The notes under the pieces were generated by a model. It did no database searches. It was given only the letters and a program-made list of their open reading frames with translations, and was not told where the DNA came from. 64,000 bases of DNA from Allomuricauda sp. (lineage in GTDB: Bacteria; Bacteroidota; Bacteroidia; Flavobacteriales; Flavobacteriaceae), in assembly GCA_030148335.1 (NCBI GenBank), contig JASBTQ010000047.1, positions 18,006 to 82,005 of the forward strand. The letters run 5' to 3'. Position 1 is the stretch's first letter. Every line of letters begins with the position of its first letter. Position numbers and translations under genes: made by a program. Shown one piece after another: positions 1-9,742 of the stretch.

Positions 1-52
1 GTTTTGAATGCAGTGCGCCTACAGCGGATGCAATGGTAACCCTAGATACCTA

Positions 53-2614
53 TCAGTCCATTTTTTCCATTTTCACAAAGCGGTACAGATCATCCGTGGC
101 CTGCAGCAACTTTCCTTTCAATGAGGCATTCAAGTCCGGGTTTTCTTCCAAATAACGTTCCACCATCGAATATGCTTCTGGGGATTGGTACTGGCCCACC
201 GTATTGCTGAGCCATCCCTTTGGGAAAAAGATATCTCCGGTTTTCTGGATTTCTTCGAGCAATTCCAGGGCCAACGGCACATGCTTGATGGCTGACTCCT
301 GTCGCAAGGGGTGGTGGACATACCCGCAAGCGGCAAGTACCCACGATTCCTTTTCGCGGTTGCTTGTCTCACTCAAGGACACAAAAAAAGCATCCCTTAT
401 CGATTCGTCCGCGGAAAGTGCAGGTCTTAAAAAATCAAAGCGTTTCAACTTGTCGGGGTTGGATAGTTGCGCCCTCGCCCTATCCAAAATCTTTTCCGCA
501 TCTGTATGCCCAAAAAGTGCTAAGGTCATCGCCATATCGGTGAAGTCGTCTTCATTCAATTTAAGGTCCGGTATGGTCACTGACTTGTCCCAAACCTTGT
601 ACAGCTTCGCTTTAGCCCCATCCGAATAGGCCAATCCCTTCCATAGGCCAAAGAGGTTTTTCTTGATATTAGGCGTGTGTTGTCCATTTTTCAACTCTTC
701 CCACAGCATTTTTTCCAGCATGGGTTGCTCCTTTTGTCGATCTTCAGCAGTGAGATAGCTCCAGAAAAGACCACTGACCTGACCGCACAACATTCCGTGG
801 ATCAACTCATTCTGCTCTGTTTGGGTTCCTTTCATGAAGAAATCAAGGCCATCTTTTGGCAAAATAGTCCCTGAGACAACGTTCTCATAGGTATTCAGGT
901 AGGCATGCCCTCTCGCCACCTCATCCGTTAAGCCTTGAATTATGGGAAAATCGGATGTTTTTATCGGAAAAATTCCATAGCCAAAAGCATTGGAATTGTA
1001 GAGAATGGCCTCTGGCCTGGGCTTTCCGGCAGCTTGGGCCACGATGGCCGTACTGTCCGATATCGAAACTGGTAGCACAAGCATACTGTCCGGATAGACC
1101 AGGGTGATCTCAAAGGATTGGGGCCACAGTTTTTCACTGCCATCCTCAGCCTTTTGAGCAATAGAAAGGCGCTTTATTGTTCCGTTTTCATACGTGATTT
1201 CCTCATTGAAAATGGGCCTTCCGGATTGGTTCACCCAAACCTCGCTCCATTTCTTCAGGTCATCGGGTGTTTTCTCATCCAATATTTCCACCAAGTCTTT
1301 CCAAGTGGCATTGCCATAGACAAATCGGGAGATATATTCCCGAATGCCGTCCCTAAACCTTGCCTCACCTACCGCAGTTTCCAGTTGCCGCATCATGATC
1401 GGGGCCTTGTTGTAGATAATACCGCCATACAGACTGCCCGCATTCTTCAGGTTGTCCAATGGTTGGCGGATAGGGTTGGTGCCACGGGTCCTGTCCTCCC
1501 CATAGGCTCCTCGGTAGTGTGCGGTCATGAACTGCAACTGGTGGTTGACATCAGGAAAGGTGGGGTTGATGATCTTGTCCGCCATAAAATTGGCGAACAC
1601 CTCTTTCATCCACACATCGTTGAACCAATCCATGGTGACCAGGTCGCCAAACCACATGTGCGCAGTCTCGTGCGCTATGAGCTTGGCCCTACCCAAGTGC
1701 TGCCGTTCGGTGGCACTCGCATCCAGAAACAGGGAAGATTCTCGATATTGTATCGCCCCCACATGCTCCATTCCTCCATATTGAAAGCCTGGAATGGCTG
1801 CAAAATCCAATTTCTGGAACGGAAATTCATACTCAGTGTAACCCTGCAAAAAATCAATGGAACGCTGGTGCAGGTCATACACAATGGGCAAACTGGGTTT
1901 GACCTTCGCGGTATCGGTCTCCCGATAAAGAAAGGACATATCGAAGATGCCCGGGTTCTCCGTGGATGATTCAAACTTGCCCGCGACCATCGAAAAAAGA
2001 TAAGTACTCATAGGGTCACTCTTCGCAAACCGATAATACACTTTGCTCCCTTGTTCCGTTCTTTTTTCCAAAACAGCACCGCAAAGCACTTTCCAATCTT
2101 TGGGCGCGGTCACGTCCAAAACATATTTCGCCTTGATGTTGGGCTGATCAAAACAGGGAAATAGGGTACTCGCCCGTTCCGGCACCAACAAGGTATAAAG
2201 GTAGTCCTCGTTTCGGTTCAGGGACTGCTCCCCTGCATCGAACAAAATTTCGATAGTATTGCTGCCCTTTAGACCATCTGAGATGATCAAGTGCTCTTTT
2301 TCATGGTGGATTTCTTGCTGCTTACCATTAATGGTAAGCTGTTTCAACAGCGAGGCATCTGCATTAAAATCAAGGTAGAGTGGCTGGGAAAGGTCGTGGA
2401 TCTCGAGGTCCAATTTCAACTTTGCGGGAATTGGCTGTGTTTTATCCTCTGGAATATCGAAAGAAAGCCCATAGACCACATCGGAAACCTGTTCTTTACG
2501 GTACTCGGCCATCGCAAGGGGTATGCCCACATCCAATAGATCGATGCGCTTGGGCTGCTGGCAGGCAAGCAAGAAAAGAGAAACTCCGAGGAACGGTAAA
2601 ATGGTCTTTTTCAT
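53..2614 (-). CDS. M1 family zinc aminopeptidase (PepN-like), probable lipoprotein
   Basis: GGMEH (GAMEN variant) and HETAH followed by the distal E in WMKEVF. Start moved to ATG 2614 (MKKTILPFLGVSLFLLAC, lipobox), because the longer ORF overlaps the upstream gene. Confidence 0.92.
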   Translation of the reverse strand: MKKTILPFLGVSLFLLACQQPKRIDLLDVGIPLAMAEYRKEQVSDVVYGLSFDIPEDKTQPIPAKLKLDLEIHDLSQPLYLDFNADASLLKQLTINGKQQEIHHEKEHLIISDGLKGSNTIEILFDAGEQSLNRNEDYLYTLLVPERASTLFPCFDQPNIKAKYVLDVTAPKDWKVLCGAVLEKRTEQGSKVYYRFAKSDPMSTYLFSMVAGKFESSTENPGIFDMSFLYRETDTAKVKPSLPIVYDLHQRSIDFLQGYTEYEFPFQKLDFAAIPGFQYGGMEHVGAIQYRESSLFLDASATERQHLGRAKLIAHETAHMWFGDLVTMDWFNDVWMKEVFANFMADKIINPTFPDVNHQLQFMTAHYRGAYGEDRTRGTNPIRQPLDNLKNAGSLYGGIIYNKAPIMMRQLETAVGEARFRDGIREYISRFVYGNATWKDLVEILDEKTPDDLKKWSEVWVNQSGRPIFNEEITYENGTIKRLSIAQKAEDGSEKLWPQSFEITLVYPDSMLVLPVSISDSTAIVAQAAGKPRPEAILYNSNAFGYGIFPIKTSDFPIIQGLTDEVARGHAYLNTYENVVSGTILPKDGLDFFMKGTQTEQNELIHGMLCGQVSGLFWSYLTAEDRQKEQPMLEKMLWEELKNGQHTPNIKKNLFGLWKGLAYSDGAKAKLYKVWDKSVTIPDLKLNEDDFTDMAMTLALFGHTDAEKILDRARAQLSNPDKLKRFDFLRPALSADESIRDAFFVSLSETSNREKESWVLAACGYVHHPLRQESAIKHVPLALELLEEIQKTGDIFFPKGWLSNTVGQYQSPEAYSMVERYLEENPDLNASLKGKLLQATDDLYRFVKMEKMD

Positions 2615-2657
2615 TTGTTGGTTCAATTCTTTTATAAAGGTATGGTGCAATGTGCAA

Positions 2658-3419
2658 TCAATCGGTGACCACATAATTGACCTTGTCCACCCCAGTGTTT
2701 CCTGTAGTGGAATCGTAGGCATACACCGTCACTTCATAATACCCGGTCTCCGTGACCTGCATCCGACCATCAAAAATATTTCGTGAAGGGTTGTCCAAGG
2801 GTATTCTTGCCACGGTGGTCCCGTCCTTTTTCAGGATGGCCACTACTTCCATGGGCGTTGAATCCCAAATGCCCCCTTTTTCTATGGGACAACCGCACAT
2901 CATCACCATATTGGCACGGATGTCCAACCCATCCCCAATGGATTGTTTCGAAATGTATTGATGGGTGTTGGGCGTAAGGATATCGATGACAAAACCTGGA
3001 ATTTCCACCACTACCCCATCACCCAAAATGTCCTTTCCGGGGATGAGCCACAGTTCGGTGCTGGCATGTACCTGCGCATTTTTCTTATTGTAGGGGGAAA
3101 TCACTTCTACCCGCACAAAGGTGGGTTCGTCTATGTCCACCACGGCCAAAAAGCCTGCCGTTTTATCGTCCGTGAGTTGGGTGTTGCGGTCCATAGGGGT
3201 CTTCATGATGAGGTCGGTGTTCCCAGTACTGCCCGTGGTGATTCCTTCGGCCAGTATTTCGTTGTTCACAGCATTCCTGACAATCACGTAGGCCCCACCA
3301 ATGGAGCTGCCAATAAATTTGGCGTCCTTGGCCTTGGCCCTGACCATCAGTTTGGTCTCAGTGGCGGACACGTTTACACTCAGGGCTAGAAACAGAGTCA
3401 GTAGAATGAATTTTTTCAT
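2658..3419 (-). CDS. Secreted hypothetical protein with MMCGCP motif
   Basis: 253 aa ORF with an N-terminal signal peptide (MKKFILLTLFLALSVNVSA) and beta-rich composition. Confidence 0.8.
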   Translation of the reverse strand: MKKFILLTLFLALSVNVSATETKLMVRAKAKDAKFIGSSIGGAYVIVRNAVNNEILAEGITTGSTGNTDLIMKTPMDRNTQLTDDKTAGFLAVVDIDEPTFVRVEVISPYNKKNAQVHASTELWLIPGKDILGDGVVVEIPGFVIDILTPNTHQYISKQSIGDGLDIRANMVMMCGCPIEKGGIWDSTPMEVVAILKKDGTTVARIPLDNPSRNIFDGRMQVTETGYYEVTVYAYDSTTGNTGVDKVNYVVTD

Positions 3420-3624
3420 GGGTTGATGGTGGTTTTATGGAACGGAAGGCGTATTTGGCTTTCCCCATTAAACTTAGTGTTTTTTATTGATTTTTGGTAA
3501 TTTGGTGGGATGAATGGATTTTACAATTTACGCGGAAATAGTCAAAGTTCATTCACCCTTTTTCAGTTTCTTACTGTCTATGAACAGTCATTACAACTAA
3601 CAGCATGTTAACCAATCGATAAAA

Positions 3625-4524
3625 ATGAAACAATCACTCCCACTTCTCGGTTTGCTCCTTTTCATTTTGACCGCATGTAACCACACAAAAACAGAACCCC
3701 AAAAAATGGAACCCACTGCAACAGAAGAACTGGCCTTTACCAACGGATATTCCGAAGTGAACGGCCTAAAAATGTATTATGAGATTTACCTGCCGGCCGG
3801 TCTGGCGGGTGGGCAAGGAAAACCTTTAGTCCTGATCCATGGGGGCGGTTCCACCATTGCCTCCAACTTTGGAAAGGTCGTTCAGCTGTTTGCCAAAAAC
3901 AGACAGGTGATTGCCATGGAGCTTCAAGCTCATGGGCGTACGAATGACAGGGGTACGGACTCGTCCTTTGAACAGGATGCCGACGATGTTGCAACACTCC
4001 TCCATAACCTAAAAGTGGACAAAGCCGACTTTTTCGGTTTTAGCAATGGTGGGACAACGACTTTGCAGATCGCCATCCGCCATCCAGAATTGGTCCACAA
4101 AATGGTCTTGGGCTCCACACTCGCCAAACGCAATGGGGTTCCCGAATGGTTTTGGGGTTTTATGAAGCAGTCAAAACTGGAACACATGCCCGAGCAACTC
4201 AAAACTGCATACAAAGAAGTGGCATCGGATACCACTGGCTTGCAGCTGATGCATGATAGGGACGCCAAACGGATGGTGAATTTCAAAGACATTAATGACG
4301 AGCAGATCGAAGCTATTCAAGTACCCACACTGATCATTATTGGCGACAAGGACATTATCACTCCTGAACACGCCATGGAACTCCACCGACAAATTGCCCA
4401 TTCGGAACTGGCCATTATCCCAGGTGGACATGGTGAATATATCGGGGAAATCACCACCATCCAACCGGATTTCAAAGAAAGTCAACTCGTTGTTCCCATG
4501 ATTGAAAAATTTCTGGATAAATAA
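3625..4524 (+). CDS. Alpha/beta hydrolase, probable lipoprotein
   Basis: LIHGGG oxyanion motif, GFSNGG nucleophile elbow, GDKD acid, GGH His; lipobox LTAC. Confidence 0.9.
   Translation: MKQSLPLLGLLLFILTACNHTKTEPQKMEPTATEELAFTNGYSEVNGLKMYYEIYLPAGLAGGQGKPLVLIHGGGSTIASNFGKVVQLFAKNRQVIAMELQAHGRTNDRGTDSSFEQDADDVATLLHNLKVDKADFFGFSNGGTTTLQIAIRHPELVHKMVLGSTLAKRNGVPEWFWGFMKQSKLEHMPEQLKTAYKEVASDTTGLQLMHDRDAKRMVNFKDINDEQIEAIQVPTLIIIGDKDIITPEHAMELHRQIAHSELAIIPGGHGEYIGEITTIQPDFKESQLVVPMIEKFLDK
3788..3810. repeat. Short GC-rich palindromic (REP-like) element inserted in frame in the hydrolase gene
   Basis: ACCTGCCGG-CCGGT-CTGGCGGGT forms a 9-bp stem (2 G-U pairs) and adds LPAGLAG between YEIY and GQGKPLV. 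Confidence 0.55.
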
Positions 4525-4535
4525 GTATAAAAAAT

Positions 4536-4970
4536 GTGATGAAGCTATCCAAGCGACTTGAAACTATTGTGGACGCTTTACCCATAAAGCCCGATATACG
4601 CATTTTGGAAATTGGCTGCGGTCCCGGTGTGGCCGCAAGGGAAATAGCCGGACGAATCGGAAAGGGGCATGTGCTTGCCATAGACCGTTCCCGAAAAGCC
4701 ATAGATCTGGCCATCAAAAATTCCAAGGATGAAATTGAATCCGGTCGATTGTCTTTCAGGTGTGTAGCCGTTGAACACTTTGAATTGGAAACGGACGAAA
4801 AACCATATGATTTGGCCTTTGCCGTTCGCGTTGGGGCATTGGATGGTCGCCATCCCCAAGTGGGCAAACTTGCACTACCGAGAATTGCGAAGTCCTTGAC
4901 AAAAAATGGAAAGCTGTTCATTGATGGTGGAAACCCTCTCAAAGAAATACCACTGGAAAACTATCGCTAA
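4536..4970 (+). CDS. Class I SAM-dependent methyltransferase (short)
   Basis: ILEIGCGPG motif I and VLAID motif II. Confidence 0.85.
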   Translation: MMKLSKRLETIVDALPIKPDIRILEIGCGPGVAAREIAGRIGKGHVLAIDRSRKAIDLAIKNSKDEIESGRLSFRCVAVEHFELETDEKPYDLAFAVRVGALDGRHPQVGKLALPRIAKSLTKNGKLFIDGGNPLKEIPLENYR

Positions 4971-5046
4971 ACTGTTGTCCGTATATGCCAGCATAAAACA
5001 AAACTTTCAACTCCCCAATGAGGGACAAACAAAAACAAACTTCAAC

Positions 5047-5529
5047 ATGAGCCGAAAAATTGTAGAAAACATCATCGCACAGTTAAGGGACATCCAAAAT
5101 GGGAAGACTTGGTACGATGACAACTTGGAGAACAAAATCGAACCCATATCAGAAACCCAGGCTTTTGAAAGACCCATTCCCGAAATCCATAGCGTGGCGG
5201 AATTGATTTCCCACATTTGGGTCTGGCGGATGCACGCGATCAAACTACTCCGAGGGCAGGAATCCAACCTGAGCGTGGATAGTCCCGAAAACTGGAAAGG
5301 CAACGAGGAACTGAAAAAAATCGGGTGGAAAAAACTAAAGACAGATCTGCGTGGGAGCCAAGCGGAGTTGATCGCTTTTCTATCGGATAAGGATGATGAC
5401 TACTTGGAGAGCAATACCTATAAACCCCATCATAGCCTAAAATATCTGGTGGAAGGAATCATCCATCACGACCTGTACCATTTGGGGCAAATCGGCATTA
5501 CGATCAAACTACTGGATATCAATAGGTAG
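5047..5529 (+). CDS. DinB family protein
   Basis: HSVAELISH and IIHHDLYHLGQI His motifs; start moved to ATG 5047. Confidence 0.88.
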   Translation: MSRKIVENIIAQLRDIQNGKTWYDDNLENKIEPISETQAFERPIPEIHSVAELISHIWVWRMHAIKLLRGQESNLSVDSPENWKGNEELKKIGWKKLKTDLRGSQAELIAFLSDKDDDYLESNTYKPHHSLKYLVEGIIHHDLYHLGQIGITIKLLDINR

Positions 5530-5531
5530 AT

Positions 5532-6170
5532 TCAATTCACCTTGCCCATTAGGTTGGTCCCCAACATGACCATGTAAAGAATCACCACACCATTAACAAT
5601 CAAAAAGGCGAGCTCCAATTTGGATAAAAAGGCATTCATGCCCAGAGAACGGTTGGAACTTTGGGTCATTTCTGCCCCTTCCTTGAACTGCACGCCCTCC
5701 AGATCGTCCAAATTCTTCCTGATCTCTTTGAGTTCCCTACCTATGTCCTGCCGTATGTCCAGTGTAGGTCCATTAGGTCTTTTGAGTACATTTTCAAGGG
5801 ACATCAATTCCACGTAGTTCTTTTGAAGATCGAAAAAAAAGCCAGCCTCACTTCGGGTGAGCTCGGTCTTGGAAAAATGGAACAACAGTCGGTCTATGGA
5901 ATCATTTTGATGGCTTCTGTTCAAGTCACTTGTATTTTGGCCCATGGACAATTGTTTTTGGTGGAACAGTTTGCTGAGCCGGTAGATGTAATCCTGGGCC
6001 ACGACACGGTCGTTATAAACGGAATTCACATTGCGCCGTACGTTTGAGAGGTATTTGTAATCGATCAAGTTGGCGATCAAAATCAACAAAAAGGATACCC
6101 CGAGCACCAAAACAAACTTTAGACGGCGCCCCTTTCTGGGTCTTCCCGATATGATCTTGGGTTCAAACAA
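5532..6170 (-). CDS. Stand-alone MCP four-helix-bundle sensor-like membrane protein
   Basis: Two TM segments flank a helical domain containing SVYNDRVVAQ (4HB_MCP-like); no cytoplasmic signalling domain. Start uncertain. Confidence 0.7.
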   Translation of the reverse strand: MFEPKIISGRPRKGRRLKFVLVLGVSFLLILIANLIDYKYLSNVRRNVNSVYNDRVVAQDYIYRLSKLFHQKQLSMGQNTSDLNRSHQNDSIDRLLFHFSKTELTRSEAGFFFDLQKNYVELMSLENVLKRPNGPTLDIRQDIGRELKEIRKNLDDLEGVQFKEGAEMTQSSNRSLGMNAFLSKLELAFLIVNGVVILYMVMLGTNLMGKVN

Positions 6171-6286
6171 GTCGATTTCCTTTTTAAATCATCATTCCAT
6201 GCATTTGCGATTAGTACATCCCGGCCCCATTTTGAGCAAATCCAAAAAGAACAAGGAGCCGGGAACAGTACATCACATCAATCCAT

Positions 6287-6631
6287 CTATATTTTGAGCA
6301 ACTCTCCGGATTCCAGAGCTTTCTCAACATTCGCCGCTACTTGCCAGTGGCTGCCAAAAAATCGGTTTCCATCGGCCCTTTTGATCTTGACGACCTTGGT
6401 ACCGTCCTTCTTCTCTTTAATGGAAGTCACAACGACTTTCTGCCCCTGTACACTTTTATAGTTGGCAATTCCGCCTCTTTTGATAATAAAATTGGCCCTG
6501 GGAAATTCCAAATGTGCATATTGGGACGAATCGGGGCTCCCTATCTCAAAGGTATCCCCCACTGCTACCTCTTGGGCCTGAAGATTAACGGCCGTTATAA
6601 ACAATCCCAAAAACAAAAGATATTTCTTCAT
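6287..6631 (-). CDS. Small secreted hypothetical protein
   Basis: Signal peptide ending LQAQ, IIKRGGIANYK core, 114 aa. Confidence 0.75.
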   Translation of the reverse strand: MKKYLLFLGLFITAVNLQAQEVAVGDTFEIGSPDSSQYAHLEFPRANFIIKRGGIANYKSVQGQKVVVTSIKEKKDGTKVVKIKRADGNRFFGSHWQVAANVEKALESGELLKI

Positions 6632-6664
6632 AACTAACAGAATTTAAGGTTTATATAATTGAAT

Positions 6665-7099
6665 CTAAATTGTTCCCTTTTTGAGTAAGGCCAGTTCTTC
6701 ATCTTCACCCACCTCCCATTTCACTTCCTTGATTTCCAAACTCAGGGGACTGTTGGGCATCCCAACCAGCACAACATCGCCTATGCTCCTGCCTATCAGG
6801 GCAGCACCGAGGGTGCTCTTCACAGAGATTTGGTCTTCTTTCTTGTCGCCATCATCGTGCAGCATCACCTGGAAAGTGTTCCACCAGCCCGATTTGGAGG
6901 CCACGGTCACTTTGGAGCGGAGCCGTACCACACCTTTTGGCAGCTCGGATGCACTGCAGACCGTGGTGTTTTCCAGTTGTTCCCTCAGCGCATCCAAGGT
7001 CTCTTTGTGGGCATAATCCTGATAGTACCTGTGAAAGTTCAATACCTTTTTTATGGCCACATAATCCGATTTTTCCATCATCAGATCATTCCTTTTCAT
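6665..7099 (-). CDS. GreA/GreB-family (Rnk-like) elongation factor
   Basis: VVRLRSKVTV and ISVKSTLGAALIGRSIGD match the Gre C-terminal domain; short N-terminus as in Rnk; ATG 7099. Confidence 0.85.
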   Translation of the reverse strand: MKRNDLMMEKSDYVAIKKVLNFHRYYQDYAHKETLDALREQLENTTVCSASELPKGVVRLRSKVTVASKSGWWNTFQVMLHDDGDKKEDQISVKSTLGAALIGRSIGDVVLVGMPNSPLSLEIKEVKWEVGEDEELALLKKGTI

Positions 7100-7122
7100 G
7101 GTCGGTTTTTGGCAAAAGATGG

Positions 7123-7137
7123 GCAAACCGTATACCT
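7123..7137 (-). promoter_or_regulatory. Sigma-54 -24/-12 promoter
   Basis: Minus strand reads AGGTATACGGTTTGC, an exact GG-N10-GC, about 24 bp upstream of the Rnk-like start and downstream of a GAFTGA activator gene. Confidence 0.7.
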
Positions 7138-7177
7138 AAAATCGCTTCAAGGAATCGATGGATTGTAATTAACTAAA

Positions 7178-7190
7178 AATCAATTGATTA
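7178..7190. promoter_or_regulatory. IHF-like DNA-bending site
   Basis: AATCAATTGATTA matches WATCAANNNNTTR and lies between the enhancer repeats and the sigma-54 promoter. Confidence 0.5.
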
Positions 7191-7224
7191 TAAATTGGCT
7201 GAAATGTGGATTGGAAAAACTTGC

Positions 7225-7260
7225 TGGGTAGTTTTTACCCACATGGGGAGTTTTTACCCG
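7225..7260. promoter_or_regulatory. Tandem palindromic enhancer (UAS) sites
   Basis: TGGGTAGTTTTTACCCA (7225-7241) and TGGGGAGTTTTTACCCG (7244-7260): 19-bp period with dyad symmetry. Confidence 0.65.
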
Positions 7261-7265
7261 ATGGA

Positions 7266-8585
7266 TTATTTGAGCTTTTCCCGAAGGGTCTTGCGGTCTA
7301 TACCCAGAATTTCGGCTGCCTTGGTCTTATTGTTCCCTGTGGAGACCAACACTTTCGTAATATGTTCCCTTTCCACCTCTTTCAGGGGCTTCAATACTTC
7401 TTCTGAAAAGTCAATCTTGTACTTCACTTGGTCCGGTAAATGCTTGACATCTACCTGCACATCGCACATGATAACGGCCCTTTGGACCACATTTTCCAAT
7501 TCCCGAATGTTTCCCGGCCAAGGATAGCGTTCCAAAATCTTCAATGCTTCTGGTGATATTCGAACCAAACGGTCCCTGTATTCCACGCCGTATTTTTGCA
7601 GGAACTTGTCGACGAGTAAACGAATATCCGTGACCCGCTCCCTGAGCGGAGGGACCACTATGGAAACCACCGTCAACCGATAGTACAGGTCTTCCCTGAA
7701 AAGTTTTTTTTGGATAAGCTCCTCCAGATTACTGTTCGTGGCCGCTATGACCCTTACATTGAGTTTTTCGGGTTTCTGCGACCCCACTTTGGTCACTTCC
7801 TTTTCTTGGAGCACGCGCAACAATTTTCCTTGAACGGCCAAGGATGCATTTCCAATCTCGTCCAAAAAAATGGTGCCATTGTCCGCCGCTTGGAAAAAGC
7901 CCTTCCGGGTCTCATTGGCCCCTGTGAAGGCACCTTTGGTGTAGCCAAAAAGCTCTGCTTCCAGAAGGTTTTCAGGAATGGCCCCACAATTGACAGGAAT
8001 GAAGGGTGCCCTGGCAAACCTTCCCGAATAATGAATGGATCGTGCCACGAGTTCCTTCCCTGTGCCACTTTCCCCTTGAATCAGGATGGTGGCGTGGTTG
8101 TCCTTCACCCGTTCGATGATCTCAACAATCTCTGAAAATGCTTCGGAAGCCCCGATCATTTCCCCATAACCAGTGCTCCCTTTAGGTGTACTTTTCCTAA
8201 CAGGTGCCTTCTTTGTCCTATTTTCCAAGGATTTCTTGACCGCATCTGCCAATTCGTTCTTGGTGAAGGGTTTGGTCAGATACTCCGTTACCCCAGATCG
8301 GAAAACGTCCATGGCATCGTCAATCGAAGGAAAGCCCGTGACGACCAATTTTGGCATATCTGGAAAATGCTCCGCAGTATATTTTATGAGTTGGATACCG
8401 TTGATCTCCGGCATATTGATGTCGGTGATGAGCAAATCAATTTCAGTGTCCTTGAGAATGTACAGGGCCTCCTTTACCGAAACCGCACTATAGGTATGGT
8501 AATGCATGGAATTCAGGTGCCGGTGCAAGAGCTCCAAGATCTGGATATCATCATCCACCAGCAATATGTTCTCCTTTTTGAGCAT
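7266..8585 (-). CDS. NtrC-family sigma-54-dependent response regulator
   Basis: Receiver (LLVDDD, DINMP), GESGTGKE, GAFTGA, FLDEIG, WPGNIREL and a Fis-type HTH. Confidence 0.96.
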   Translation of the reverse strand: MLKKENILLVDDDIQILELLHRHLNSMHYHTYSAVSVKEALYILKDTEIDLLITDINMPEINGIQLIKYTAEHFPDMPKLVVTGFPSIDDAMDVFRSGVTEYLTKPFTKNELADAVKKSLENRTKKAPVRKSTPKGSTGYGEMIGASEAFSEIVEIIERVKDNHATILIQGESGTGKELVARSIHYSGRFARAPFIPVNCGAIPENLLEAELFGYTKGAFTGANETRKGFFQAADNGTIFLDEIGNASLAVQGKLLRVLQEKEVTKVGSQKPEKLNVRVIAATNSNLEELIQKKLFREDLYYRLTVVSIVVPPLRERVTDIRLLVDKFLQKYGVEYRDRLVRISPEALKILERYPWPGNIRELENVVQRAVIMCDVQVDVKHLPDQVKYKIDFSEEVLKPLKEVEREHITKVLVSTGNNKTKAAEILGIDRKTLREKLK

Positions 8586-8590
8586 GGCCG

Positions 8591-9742
8591 CTAAACGGTT
8601 TTGGGAAATTTGATGGTAAAGATAGTGCCTTTGGGCTTATTGGGGGCGTGCCCGATCGTTCCTTGATGGCTCTTCACAATGCCGTGCACCACACTGAGTC
8701 CCAATCCGCTTCCCTCCCCTACGGGTTTGGTGGTGAAGAAAGGGGCAAAAATGGTCTCCGCCTTGTCCTTGGGTATGCCGCTGCCCTCATCGGATATTTT
8801 CAGGACCACATTTCCGTCCTTCTCCCTCACATCGACCAAAATAGTGCTCTGTGGCGGGGAAAAATAAATGGCGTTCACAATAAGGTTGAACAATACTTGG
8901 GTGAGTTGGATCTTGTCCATTTTCAGGACAATGTCCTTTTTGTCGGTAATGAGCTTGCAGTTGATTTCGTTCTGTCGCAACGTGGTGCGCAGCAGGTCTA
9001 TGGCATCCTCAATGACGGGCACAATGTTCAGGCTGGTTCTTTCCTGGGGCATTTCGCAGGCGAAGAACATGAGCTTTTTGACCACTTCGCGTGAAAAAAT
9101 GGTGTTGGTGATGATCTTGTCCAGATCTTTTTCGGCCTTTGGGTCTCCTTCCACACTTTCTTTCAGCAATTCCGTAAAACCCAATATGTTCGCCAATGGC
9201 GTGTTGAGCTCATGGGCAATTCCGGCGGTTATTTCCCCAAGGATGCGCAATCGGTCAGCTTGTTCCACTTGTCGACGGATGCTTTCCTGGTTATCCTTGA
9301 TCTCTTTTCGCTCCAGCAGGTTTCCCACCTCAAGGCATACATTGTCCAACAATTGTTTTTCTTCCACCAAAAAGTCGTCCATGGTATATTTAGGGGAAGG
9401 ATAGCCGATTTTTATGTGTCCATTTTCCTCATTGAAGACTTTTATGGGAGATTGCAGAAACACGTAGGCATCCGCTCTTTTTTCCGTTTTGATTGTTCCC
9501 AAAGAGGAGGTCAGTTCCACATAGGTCTCCTCATTGAACTGCCAAGCTCTTTGCAGACAGTATGTGATGGCCCGAAGTACTTCATCAATATGTTCATAAT
9601 CACTGTTTACGATTAGCGAGGTGACCTCATAGAGGCAGGTCAGCTCCTTGATGCGTTCCTTCAATTTTTGTTCTGCGGTGTGCACGGGTATTCTCTTTGC
9701 TGAAAAATACGAATTCCGATCCATAAAATGGCCTTGCATCAA
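8591..9742 (-). CDS. Soluble sensor histidine kinase
   Basis: H-box IAHELNTPL, N-box NLIVNA, DEGSG, FFTTK, GSGLGL; no TM segment. Start may lie a few codons downstream. Confidence 0.92.
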   Translation of the reverse strand: MMQGHFMDRNSYFSAKRIPVHTAEQKLKERIKELTCLYEVTSLIVNSDYEHIDEVLRAITYCLQRAWQFNEETYVELTSSLGTIKTEKRADAYVFLQSPIKVFNEENGHIKIGYPSPKYTMDDFLVEEKQLLDNVCLEVGNLLERKEIKDNQESIRRQVEQADRLRILGEITAGIAHELNTPLANILGFTELLKESVEGDPKAEKDLDKIITNTIFSREVVKKLMFFACEMPQERTSLNIVPVIEDAIDLLRTTLRQNEINCKLITDKKDIVLKMDKIQLTQVLFNLIVNAIYFSPPQSTILVDVREKDGNVVLKISDEGSGIPKDKAETIFAPFFTTKPVGEGSGLGLSVVHGIVKSHQGTIGHAPNKPKGTIFTIKFPKTV

